Shown: piece after piece, positions 48,301-53,977 of the stretch
Position numbering within the stretch: the stretch's first letter is position 1
Layout: the number at the start of each line of letters is the position of its first letter
Source of the DNA: an uncultured bacterium
GTDB taxonomy: Bacteria > Patescibacteriota > Minisyncoccia > Phycocordibacterales > UBA9973
DNA: 53,977 nt
Direction: 5' to 3'
Assembly (NCBI GenBank): GCA_903907175.1
Contig: CAIVNB010000036.1
Coordinates: forward strand, 1 to 53,977
Program-made: the position numbers and the translations under genes
Notes under the pieces: model-generated
Databases searched by the model: none
Told to the model about the DNA's origin: nothing
The model's input: only the letters and a program-made list of their open reading frames with translations

Positions 48301-51300
48301 TTGGAGTACGGCAGATAGTGGGGCACATTATACTGCCACCTATACAGTGATCCAAGGTCAGACTGACCAAGCATCTCCGCTTCAATTGACCGGAGTTACT
48401 TTAACTGATGTCGCAGGGAATGTCAGTACTTCGGCAGGTACCTCAGATGTCGCAAAAAAAATTGATGCAAATTTACCAACAAACCAAAATTCAGTTTTTC
48501 CTTCTAACTTTGCAACTCAAGGAGGTGGTACTGTTACAATAAATTCATCCGGGGATACGACAAATGGTGTTTGGTTTGCCCCAGCAGGTACGACTACTTT
48601 TGTCGAAGGAACTACGATGACGAAGACGACAAATGGTCTTGCTACTTCAATCCTTGCCCCAGTCACAGATGGAATATATAAATTATTTGTTATTGATGCA
48701 TCCGGAAATATTTCAAGTGCTTCAACTGTAACTCTAACCGTAGATGCAATTGCTCCGACTACTTCTGCTCCGATTAATGTTGCTCAAGTATTAAAAGGCG
48801 GAGCAGTGTCAACTTCTACGGTTCAAACAAATGAACAAGGAAAAATATATTTAATTAAAAATGGAGTGGCTGCGGCTACTCAAGCGAATCTAGATGCAGC
48901 AGTTAATACTAATCACAATGGATTCGTCGGTCAGACTACTGCTTCGGGAGGTATTGCTTATACGGTAACTTTACCGGCAGACTTAGTGGATGGAGTATAT
49001 GATATTGTCGGAGTAGACTTAGTCGGAAACATTTCGAGTCCACTTGCTGGTTGGCTAACAGTTGATAATACTGCACCGACATCTATCGTAACAAGCCCAA
49101 CAGACAATCAACTCGTCGGGGCTCTTACTTCTATTTCTGGAACTGCTACTGACACTCACTCCATCAGTGCTCAAAGTATTTCTATTAAAAATACCACAAC
49201 CAATAAATGGTATAACGGTACGAGTTTCACCGACGACACAGAAAATTTCTTAACTGTGACTCCGGGGGCAACTTGGACTTACTCTACTTCGGGAATTACC
49301 TGGTCTTCTAATACTTCTTATATTTTGAAAACCAAAGCTACTGATATTGCAGGAAACGTTGAGACTCCTGGTGCTGGTACAACATTCACTATAGATAGTA
49401 TTGCTCCAGTATCGGTAATTACTGCTCCTATAGATGCTTCTTTTAAAAATGCAGTAACTTCAATTTCTGGAACTGCGACAGATACGGGAACTGTTTCCTT
49501 GTCAGAAATATCAATAGAAAGATTATCGGATCATCAGTGGTACAGTAGCGGATCATTTTCATCGGGCACAGAAGTATTTTTAGCTGCTACCGGAACAACC
49601 GCTTGGTCTTATGCGATAACTTCTGATAAATTTACTACCAATACTGAGTACAAAATAAAATCTCGTTCTACGGACGATGCAAGTAATGTCGAAACTCCAG
49701 GAGCAGGAATTACGTTTACTTTTGATACGACCTTACCTACTTCTACCATTACTGCGATTTGTAGTGTAGGAGGAAATGGTTGTACTACTGTCGGCCAAGC
49801 ATCTAGTCCTCAAGAATCATTTAGCGTTCAATCAATTGCTGGTACTACTACCGATACGGCAGGAGGAGCAGGGGTTGCCTCAGTAGAAGTTTCAATAAAA
49901 GATACCACTACGAACAAATGGTACAGTGGAGCATCTTTTGTGGATAGCACAGAGACTTATCTTCCGGCCGTGGGTACTGATACTTGGAGTTACAATTCTT
50001 CAGCAATGTCTTTGGTGATCGGACATATTTATCTAATTCATGCAAAATCAATCGATAATGCTACTAACGTACAAAGTCCTGTTCAAGCTCTTTCTTTCCA
50101 ATTCACTAACTCTCCGCCGACTGTTTCCGCTGTGACTGCTTCGCAAGATTCAAATGGAGTAGTGAATATTACTTACAATGTTACTGATAATGAATCTTCT
50201 CAAACCACAAATTATCTTTTCTATGGGGTTTGGGCTACCTTGAGTGGCACAACCACAAGTGGAGCAACTTCATTCACTCTTTCAGATGCAACAAACTTTC
50301 CAGCTAGTGGAACGATTCTCATCGATGATGAAATAATAACTTACACGAGTAAGTCAGGAAATATTTTACAAGGACTTACTAGAGGAGCTTCTGGAACAAC
50401 TCCATTTGCGCACACAGATGGGGAAGTATATATAAAAGCTAATTCTGCCACTGGAAGTGGTATCGGATTATCAGACAAAGGAACAGGAAAAATCATAACT
50501 TGGCAAGCAAGTACGGATGCTGATGGTTATGAAAGTACTAGTGAAGTAATAAAAGTTGTTGCGAACGACGGGGCGACTGGTTCAATGATAGGCTCTGCTC
50601 CTTCTCCTCAATTTATTCTTGATGCGGCTAAACCTACTCTAACGGTTACCACTTTCTTAATAAACGATACTGATGCTGATGTCGTTGCAACTTCTCCGAA
50701 TGTAGTTTTCAAACTTCAAAATGTTGTGGGTCATCCAGCCAATGAAAATATTCATATAAAGTTTTCCAAAGATAGTGGAACTACTTGGTATGGAGCAAAT
50801 GCAGATCACTCTCTAACTCTAGGAGGAGCGGGTTCAGAATTTTCTTCTGATCCAGCAGTATTAAGTACTCTATATTGGAATTTTACAATGGCCTCAAGAT
50901 CAGAAATTTGGATTGTAAAAATGACAGACAGTTCGAGTAACGTATCGACAACCGATGACAACACCGTTGGTTATAACGCAAAACCGGAATTTGATGCAAG
51001 TTTCGGAACGGATGGATTAAGTGTTTCTCAAATATCTGACAAACTAGATCTAAATTGGGGTAAGGTAAAAATAGATTATAAAGTTCGTGATACAGACAAC
51101 ACTTCTGCAACTCCGACATTTAGTTTTGATGGAACTGGTGGGACAAATTTTACAACAATAAATCAAGCAGAAATATCTGGTATCTCAACAGACATAACCT
51201 CTACTTATACTTTACATACGGTGTACTGGACGCCTGTAGCAGAATCAGTTTCAACACTGAACGCTAGTTTTAAAGTTGAGATTAACGACGGAGAGCCAGT

Positions 51301-53977
51301 TGCTAACACTGCGTCAAAAACTATTTCATCTATTATAGTAGACGCAAAGAAGCCAGTAGTTGGAACTACTGTAACATTTGATGCAGGCGTAGCAGGGGTC
51401 GCAGAATCTGCAATTATAACAATCCCGAAACCTACTGACGATTCAGCTATTCAATATAGAATACAAGACAATGTTTCTAATTCTCCAGTAGTAGATACTG
51501 GATGGGTAAATCTCCTGTCTTCTACTACTATACCTTGGACTTTTGATTCCGATTCAGAAATAAAAACAATCAAATATGAATTTAGAGATGCATATGGGAA
51601 TATAACTTCCGAAACTTCCACCTCAACTCTCGCTCCAATAACATCAGGAACATTCTTAATACAAGATACGTCAAACATAAATGTTTCTCCTATGGTCAGT
51701 CAACTTTATATTAGTTGGCAACAATTAGATGCCCCAGCCACTGGTTTTAGCTCTTATAAATTAGAGTATGCTTATTCTACAAATGGCTCTTCGTATTCAA
51801 ATTATGCAGACGTACCAGACCCACTTAATTTATTGTCTAATTATTCTACGAATTATTATATTCACAAAGATTTAACTTCTACTTATTTCTACAAATATCG
51901 ATTAGGGGTAAAAGGTACAAATCAAAATATCTCGATGCGAGTAGGAGAATCTGTTATTGCAAAACCAGATGGTAGCCCTAACTATGGTGAAGGAGCAGGA
52001 GCTAGCATAAATTCTTCTACAGTAGAGAGTGTTGTACCTATTCAAAATGCTACAACAAAAAATGTAACTGTTACATACAAACTAACAGATGCTACAAATG
52101 ATAAAAAAACTTCACCGGCTTATGATGCACGAATATTTTATGATATTGGAGTTACTCTTGGGACAAATCCATATAATGGAACAACACTGAAAGTTTCAAG
52201 TACATCAAAATTAAAATCTTCGGGATATATACAAATAAATAATGAGGTTATTAAATACACGGGGAAAACAGATACTACTTTGACAGGACTTACGAGAGCC
52301 ACCTGGCCAACTGAAGACACTCGGGCTACGAGATCTAATGGTGTAAGTTTCTTGGCTGGTACTCCTGTTTGGGTCATGGCTTCAAATACCACGCCTACTA
52401 ATATTTCTGCTATTCCTGTAGACAACACTACTATCAAGAGTGGTTACAATGGAACAATTGCTTGGGACACATATTATGAATCTGCCCTAGCAGGTAGTAC
52501 TTATAGCGTTGTGCCTATTAGAGTTCTAGTTCATGATAACCAAGATGCTCTCTCGGGGCCTCTTTCAAGTCAGAGTGATTATTCAGAAAATGGTACATTA
52601 AGCGATTTTGATTTATCAGCTCCGACAATTTCTTTTAATGGTAGTACATCTTCTGGGTTGGAAAGTGTAACTCCAGCTACGTTTACTATCAATCTAAGTA
52701 GAGCTTATCCGATAAATTCTACGGTGCATTATGTTGTTACAGGGACTGCTCTCGGAAGTGGAGGAAATGCAGACTACAGCGGACTTGCATCAAGTGGTGA
52801 TATAACATTCACAGCAGGAGATACACAAAAGACTTTGATTGCAACAATAATAAATCATTCTCTTGTACGAGCAAATAAAACAATAATTGTAACATTATCA
52901 AGTCCTACAAATTCAACCCTAGGAACTAATCCAGTTTATACTTATACAATATTAAATCATGGAGCAGATACGACACCTCCAGTTGTGACATTAAGTGGAG
53001 ATGCTTCAATGCATGTTCTAAGTGGCACGACATTTTCAGATCCAGGGGCAACGGCGATAGATGATGTTGATGGAGATATAACTTCAAATATTGTTGTCAC
53101 AGGATTGCCTATCATGAATACTCCAAGCGCAACTCCTTATGTTGTTACTTATTCTTCAACAGATAGTTCAAATAATATTGGAACTGCAAATCGCGATGTT
53201 TATGTTGATGATGCAAATGCGGCAACTTTTGATATTACAGCAACTTCTGGCGCAAATGGTACAGTCACTCCAGATGGCGTGACAAATGTACTTGTTCATT
53301 CAAATAAAACTTACACCATTACTCCTTCCGATGGATATAAAGTTGCGACCATCACCGTAGATTCTGATTCTGTTACACCAACTGTTGGTATAAATCATTA
53401 TACTTTTACAAATATAACTGGACCTCATTCTATTACTGCAACATTCTCTGCATTGCCTGATACAACAAAACCTACAATTACACTTATTGGACTTGCAACT
53501 GTTCCAATCACTGTTGGTGATACGTATATTGATGCAGGTGCAACAGCTTCTGATACATACCTTGGAGTCACTACGGATTTAACTTCGAGTATTGAAGTTG
53601 TTAGTAGTGTAAATACATCAGTGTCTGGAACTTATAAAGTTAAATACACAGTTGCTGATGCAGCAGGAAATGTCGCAACAGCCACAAGAACTGTAAATGT
53701 TTCCTTAAATGCAACTTATACTATTACCGCAACAGCTGGTGCTCATGGAGCGATTTCTCCGATTGGTGCAACATCAATAACTACTGGGCATGACTCTACG
53801 TTTACCATCACCCCCGACGCAGGATATCAAACAGCAACTCTAACAATCGATGGCGTAGGTAGAGCAGTAGCATCTTCTTACACATTTACAAACGTAGTTG
53901 CTGATCATACAATTGCTGCTACATTTTCTGCAGCTGCTGATACTACAAAACCTACAATAACCATAATAGGACCAACC
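42308..53977 (+). CDS. 5'-complete, 3'-open giant ORF (at least 3,890 codons) encoding a modular cell-surface/adhesin-like protein
   Basis: My own translation gives an in-frame TAG at 42299-42301, ATG at 42308, and no stop seen through 53977. It is missing from the ORF track only because no stop lies inside the window. The translation has coherent domain structure throughout. Confidence 0.9.
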   Translation, partial: MRKFLHEKIKFLKNSTIWLIDKTNLDFFYRRRVRDKLKLLENFKNQKIINFKNKLTTSNYKKMENLLKQINRKRKNISQLFREVKKIKRAQVLVSLVLIFSLVSFFYNPKLVEAAGTVNITYSTSPAKTGVVTITATYSKAVPQTPNISINQPGSIDISNQPMTGSGTTWTYDYTVNSANGSTYIDGTTTVTLSNEFTPAVSATGGTITYTDSSGLNPRSSPAYSGGYTVHTFITGGTFSVVSAGIVDALIVAGGGGGGYYNGGGGGAGGVIYNTSYSTTTGNITITVGTGGDGGVSGNNTSAYGKNGGNSVFASLTAYGGGGGDNAYYGLGAGNAGGSGGGGNGGGSGETGQGYRGGNFAGGAVNGGGGGAGGIGGQSNGGTGISNSILGSSNDYAGGGGGGQLGSGSYGGGSGGGQAKTLATAGTDGTGGGGGGGGGGYDPYAIGRKGGSGIVIVRYPTDAQTFNASNNTFSIDTTSPALSGATIASVTADTTPDFTFTSSEAGTISYGGSCSSAITSAISGSNTVTFNTLTNGTYSNCTVTVTDVATNASTALSVPTFLVDSTALILSSGTHAYNAYTWSNYANVYIIGAASFQGGANAFNFGAANLSIKSGGSLITLPSATTGSGAVGVTISTTGNITIDSGGSINGAGRGYAGGATSSSGKGEGAGAYGQWEGSNGASHGGTGGKGISNGAVAATYGSSTSPVTLGSGGGGYGNGSGGAGGGAIKLSTSGIVTVNGTISTNGSNGSGGGGAGGSVWIVAGTLIGSNDAIISANGGTGGGYNGGGGAGRIKLETTGVDTYAGSVKVEGSRGLTAGNSGSIERTVGTPGTITIAAGKTVIWTKGDHTFNNVIIESTGVLSGGLAEAGGTGASYMSYYYGGGTGPGRSGFDSSGGAGHGGVGASGNTSHSSYGAGGSTYDSATAPALTGSGGGGGDGGIYGGSGGGAIKLTITGTLTNNGSILANATAGTGGGGGSGGSVWINAPGATVTGAGVYSATGSSSSNGGGGGGGRISFTAGTNLNFSGTPTITVTAGSSGSGSPTAGVGTVYGIMYSGVTSPTAGQTLKTLSTVTGTSGDYSGGTITGVKVSINKGGLCWGGSSFNQACPYFTSNSATNTGTNFSTWSFAFPSFTSSLAGDSITIQSQATSSTSGTEAVGAGVAFTFDNVAPTNQDTVFSTNTERQSGANVTVTSAAETGGAIWFAPNGTSTFSAGATMTTASGTATLIAAPATVGAYRLYIIDAAGNVSSASTAILTVDNTAPTITSTTPTTNAYISTSTVSYTLTEANTVASGSVTWTRTGGTADAGSPHIQALTGAELNIGAHANITLTNNPTLVDGTIYAITFDATDNSGNAATQVSSTGVTYDTIPPGVTLSTTVVGGLTNLPIPVTVTFTEDVTGFDSTDITLGSGTVSSFSGTGSVYTFTANPTSQGTETINIAGSKAVDLAGNNNTAATQLSITYDTQAPTVTYPTNVAQRLMSTNTSTSTVALDEAGIIYLVKNGTGSLTAQADSANLTGLVISGSPSGYTFSGGTYIYNGVTTGSSSVTVTPTGAGTITVNGTVVASGVASSAIDLSGGTEQTVTVTVVETNKNLKTYVVKILKVLSSTGGNFVTESGGYRTHVFTSSGTFTSSGSLTGEVFLVGGGGGAAIYSGRGGNGGQVIDNASASISSGSTTVTVGSNGLGAANWPAPWNGPAGQNGSSSYFGALVATGGTGGSSACCQRGGDGAGGQGGSYNTGTTRGLGGPGVTYNNFSGSPVTYFAAGGNSGDGGAIGGTNTGTGGGAINSSAGGQNGGTGIVIVKIPIGGTQTPMQTIPTLSSTYGTNVSTTISSSGANAIYYTTDGTNPTVSSTLYTGAITTSSARTIKAIAVRTGYDNSPIATISYVVDWNNAINVGHTAFSVANPATATTPYQATLPAGLIDGAYDAVAIDTIGNTSAPLTSWLTVDNTAPTITVTSNATGSGWLKIGDTIVFTITPTTTEADATVNAVTYNGEALTWSTADSGAHYTATYTVIQGQTDQASPLQLTGVTLTDVAGNVSTSAGTSDVAKKIDANLPTNQNSVFPSNFATQGGGTVTINSSGDTTNGVWFAPAGTTTFVEGTTMTKTTNGLATSILAPVTDGIYKLFVIDASGNISSASTVTLTVDAIAPTTSAPINVAQVLKGGAVSTSTVQTNEQGKIYLIKNGVAAATQANLDAAVNTNHNGFVGQTTASGGIAYTVTLPADLVDGVYDIVGVDLVGNISSPLAGWLTVDNTAPTSIVTSPTDNQLVGALTSISGTATDTHSISAQSISIKNTTTNKWYNGTSFTDDTENFLTVTPGATWTYSTSGITWSSNTSYILKTKATDIAGNVETPGAGTTFTIDSIAPVSVITAPIDASFKNAVTSISGTATDTGTVSLSEISIERLSDHQWYSSGSFSSGTEVFLAATGTTAWSYAITSDKFTTNTEYKIKSRSTDDASNVETPGAGITFTFDTTLPTSTITAICSVGGNGCTTVGQASSPQESFSVQSIAGTTTDTAGGAGVASVEVSIKDTTTNKWYSGASFVDSTETYLPAVGTDTWSYNSSAMSLVIGHIYLIHAKSIDNATNVQSPVQALSFQFTNSPPTVSAVTASQDSNGVVNITYNVTDNESSQTTNYLFYGVWATLSGTTTSGATSFTLSDATNFPASGTILIDDEIITYTSKSGNILQGLTRGASGTTPFAHTDGEVYIKANSATGSGIGLSDKGTGKIITWQASTDADGYESTSEVIKVVANDGATGSMIGSAPSPQFILDAAKPTLTVTTFLINDTDADVVATSPNVVFKLQNVVGHPANENIHIKFSKDSGTTWYGANADHSLTLGGAGSEFSSDPAVLSTLYWNFTMASRSEIWIVKMTDSSSNVSTTDDNTVGYNAKPEFDASFGTDGLSVSQISDKLDLNWGKVKIDYKVRDTDNTSATPTFSFDGTGGTNFTTINQAEISGISTDITSTYTLHTVYWTPVAESVSTLNASFKVEINDGEPVANTASKTISSIIVDAKKPVVGTTVTFDAGVAGVAESAIITIPKPTDDSAIQYRIQDNVSNSPVVDTGWVNLLSSTTIPWTFDSDSEIKTIKYEFRDAYGNITSETSTSTLAPITSGTFLIQDTSNINVSPMVSQLYISWQQLDAPATGFSSYKLEYAYSTNGSSYSNYADVPDPLNLLSNYSTNYYIHKDLTSTYFYKYRLGVKGTNQNISMRVGESVIAKPDGSPNYGEGAGASINSSTVESVVPIQNATTKNVTVTYKLTDATNDKKTSPAYDARIFYDIGVTLGTNPYNGTTLKVSSTSKLKSSGYIQINNEVIKYTGKTDTTLTGLTRATWPTEDTRATRSNGVSFLAGTPVWVMASNTTPTNISAIPVDNTTIKSGYNGTIAWDTYYESALAGSTYSVVPIRVLVHDNQDALSGPLSSQSDYSENGTLSDFDLSAPTISFNGSTSSGLESVTPATFTINLSRAYPINSTVHYVVTGTALGSGGNADYSGLASSGDITFTAGDTQKTLIATIINHSLVRANKTIIVTLSSPTNSTLGTNPVYTYTILNHGADTTPPVVTLSGDASMHVLSGTTFSDPGATAIDDVDGDITSNIVVTGLPIMNTPSATPYVVTYSSTDSSNNIGTANRDVYVDDANAATFDITATSGANGTVTPDGVTNVLVHSNKTYTITPSDGYKVATITVDSDSVTPTVGINHYTFTNITGPHSITATFSALPDTTKPTITLIGLATVPITVGDTYIDAGATASDTYLGVTTDLTSSIEVVSSVNTSVSGTYKVKYTVADAAGNVATATRTVNVSLNATYTITATAGAHGAISPIGATSITTGHDSTFTITPDAGYQTATLTIDGVGRAVASSYTFTNVVADHTIAATFSAAADTTKPTITIIGPT
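42575..42650 (+). other. Single N-terminal hydrophobic segment (signal-anchor or long signal peptide) of the giant protein
   Basis: AQVLVSLVLIFSLVSFFYNPKLVEA/AG follows a ~90-aa basic N-terminal extension. Confidence 0.6.
42983..43689 (+). other. Glycine-rich domain, copy 1
   Basis: GGYTVHTFITGGTFSVVSAGIVDALIVAGGGGGG ... poly-G/N/S ... GRKGGSGIVIVRYP. Confidence 0.6.
44020..45400 (+). repeat. Two ~230-aa glycine-rich beta-helix-like units
   Basis: GGAGGGAIKLSTSGIVTVNGTISTNGSNGSGGGGAGGSVWIVAG...GGGGAGRIKL matches GGSGGGAIKLTITGTLTNNGSILANATAGTGGGGGSGGSVWINAP...GGGGGGGRISF. Confidence 0.5.
46851..47117 (+). other. Cadherin-like beta-sandwich-type domain
   Basis: LTGLVISGSPSGYTFSGGTYIYNGVTTGSSSVTVTPTGAGTITVNG...TVTVTVVETNKNLKTYVVKILK matches the usual pattern of that family (L..L.vS.G.l.P.F......Y...V....s.v.vt......a.v.vnG). 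Confidence 0.45.
47155..47723 (+). other. Glycine-rich domain, copy 2
   Basis: GGYRTHVFTSSGTFTSSGSLTGEVFLVGGGGGAA ... GGQNGGTGIVIVKIP. Confidence 0.6.
47770..47965 (+). other. Chitobiase/beta-hexosaminidase C-terminal-like (FN3-associated) domain
   Basis: The IYYTTDGTNPTVSSTLYTGAITTSSARTIKAIAVRTGYDNSPIATISY pattern is typical of that domain. Confidence 0.5.
49061..50115 (+). repeat. Three tandem ~110-130-aa Ig-like modules
   Basis: Each has ..AP(T/V)S.(V/I)T.P.....(L/V)TSISGTATD....(S/V)....(I/V)SI.......(K/Q)WY.(G/S)..F......FL......(T/A)W(T/S)Y ... D.A(G/S)N(V)E(T)PGAG.TFT.D. Boundaries lie at 49061, 49391 and 49721. Confidence 0.7.
51700..51920 (+). other. Fibronectin type III-like module
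   Basis: SQLYISWQQLDAPATGFSSYKLEYAYSTNGSSYSNYADV...YYIHKDLTSTYFYKYRL. Confidence 0.4.
52615..52960 (+). other. Calx-beta-like domain
   Basis: ISFNGSTSSGLESVTPATFTINLSRAY..STVHYVVTGTA..GNADYSGLASSGDITFTAGDTQKTLIATIINHSLVRANKTIIVTLSSP. Confidence 0.5.
52965..53977 (+). repeat. Alternating Ig-like modules, open at the window end: a (DTT(P/K)P(V/T)(V/I)T(L/I).G) surface-protein Ig type alternates with an InlB-B-repeat-like type (Y.IT(A)T.GA.G.(V/I)(T/S)P.G.......(K/S).(Y/F)TITP..GY....(I/L)T(V/I)D)
   Basis: The module order reads A (52972-53210), B (53225-53460), A (53463-53705), B (53710-53935), then A starts again at 53940. Confidence 0.5.

Noticed and set aside
43488-52437. Sixteen short ORFs in the track lie inside the giant gene. 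Examples are 44455-44640(-) and 45067-45360(-), which are Pro-rich, and 43488-43670(+) and 44693-45040(-).
   Set aside because: They are out-of-frame or antisense shadows of the giant ORF. GGN-rich sense codons read as CCN (Pro) on the opposite strand. None has independent start, RBS or terminator support.
42308-53977. I considered an alternative genetic code (for example UGA recoding, as in some candidate phyla) to explain why no long ORF is listed across 42-54 kb.
   Set aside because: All housekeeping genes in the window are full length under the standard code. TGA also terminates terminator-backed ORFs at 216-218 and at the end of the 1692-2303 gene. The giant frame shows none of the three stop codons, so it is missing from the track only because it has no stop inside the window.
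41692-53977. I considered whether the MerR/excisionase-like HTH and the giant gene form an integrated mobile element or prophage remnant.
   Set aside because: No integrase, transposase, tRNA attachment site, direct repeats or phage structural genes are visible in the window. Only the HTH and a modest composition shift point that way, so I did not call it a mobile element.

Overview
This is an AT-rich, compact bacterial fragment that uses the standard genetic code: housekeeping ORFs are full length, and TAA, TAG and TGA all act as stops. The gene content fits a Patescibacteria/CPR (Parcubacteria-like) genome, but that placement is inference only. The supporting features are a split transketolase, a GAPDH plus non-oxidative pentose-phosphate cluster, stacked GH130 modules and very large repetitive surface proteins.

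Layout:
- (i) 1-8200 is an accessory, envelope-oriented block. It holds the tail of a repeat protein, two G+C-richer secreted or lipoprotein genes driven by paralogous promoter/leader cassettes, and two adjacent genes that together carry 16 copies of a ~80-aa two-cysteine Ig-like repeat.
- (ii) 8200-41650 is the core. It holds a CDF transporter, a nucleotidyltransferase with three GH130 domains, hpf, lepB-hisS-def-fmt, pth, dnaE, rsmE, gap-rpiB-rpe(like)-tktN-tktC, a PfkB kinase, an LTD surface protein, a MacAB-like efflux trio, infA-rpmJ-rpsM-rpsK-rpsD-rpoA-rplQ-rplM-rpsI and grpE. It also holds two paralogous ~570-aa Cys-rich zinc-ribbon proteins of unknown function.
- (iii) 41690-53977 holds a small MerR-type HTH gene, a 330-nt intergenic region with a perfect 14-bp palindrome, and a single open reading frame from 42308 to the window edge.

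That frame runs 11,670 nt (3,890 codons) with no stop, and the supplied ORF track does not list it because it has no stop inside the window. It encodes a giant modular surface protein and is the main item worth follow-up. Its modules are glycine-rich domains, beta-helix-like units, many Ig-like modules, and Calx-beta-like, cadherin-like and FN3-like domains. I saw no rRNA, tRNA, CRISPR array, transposase or integrase.
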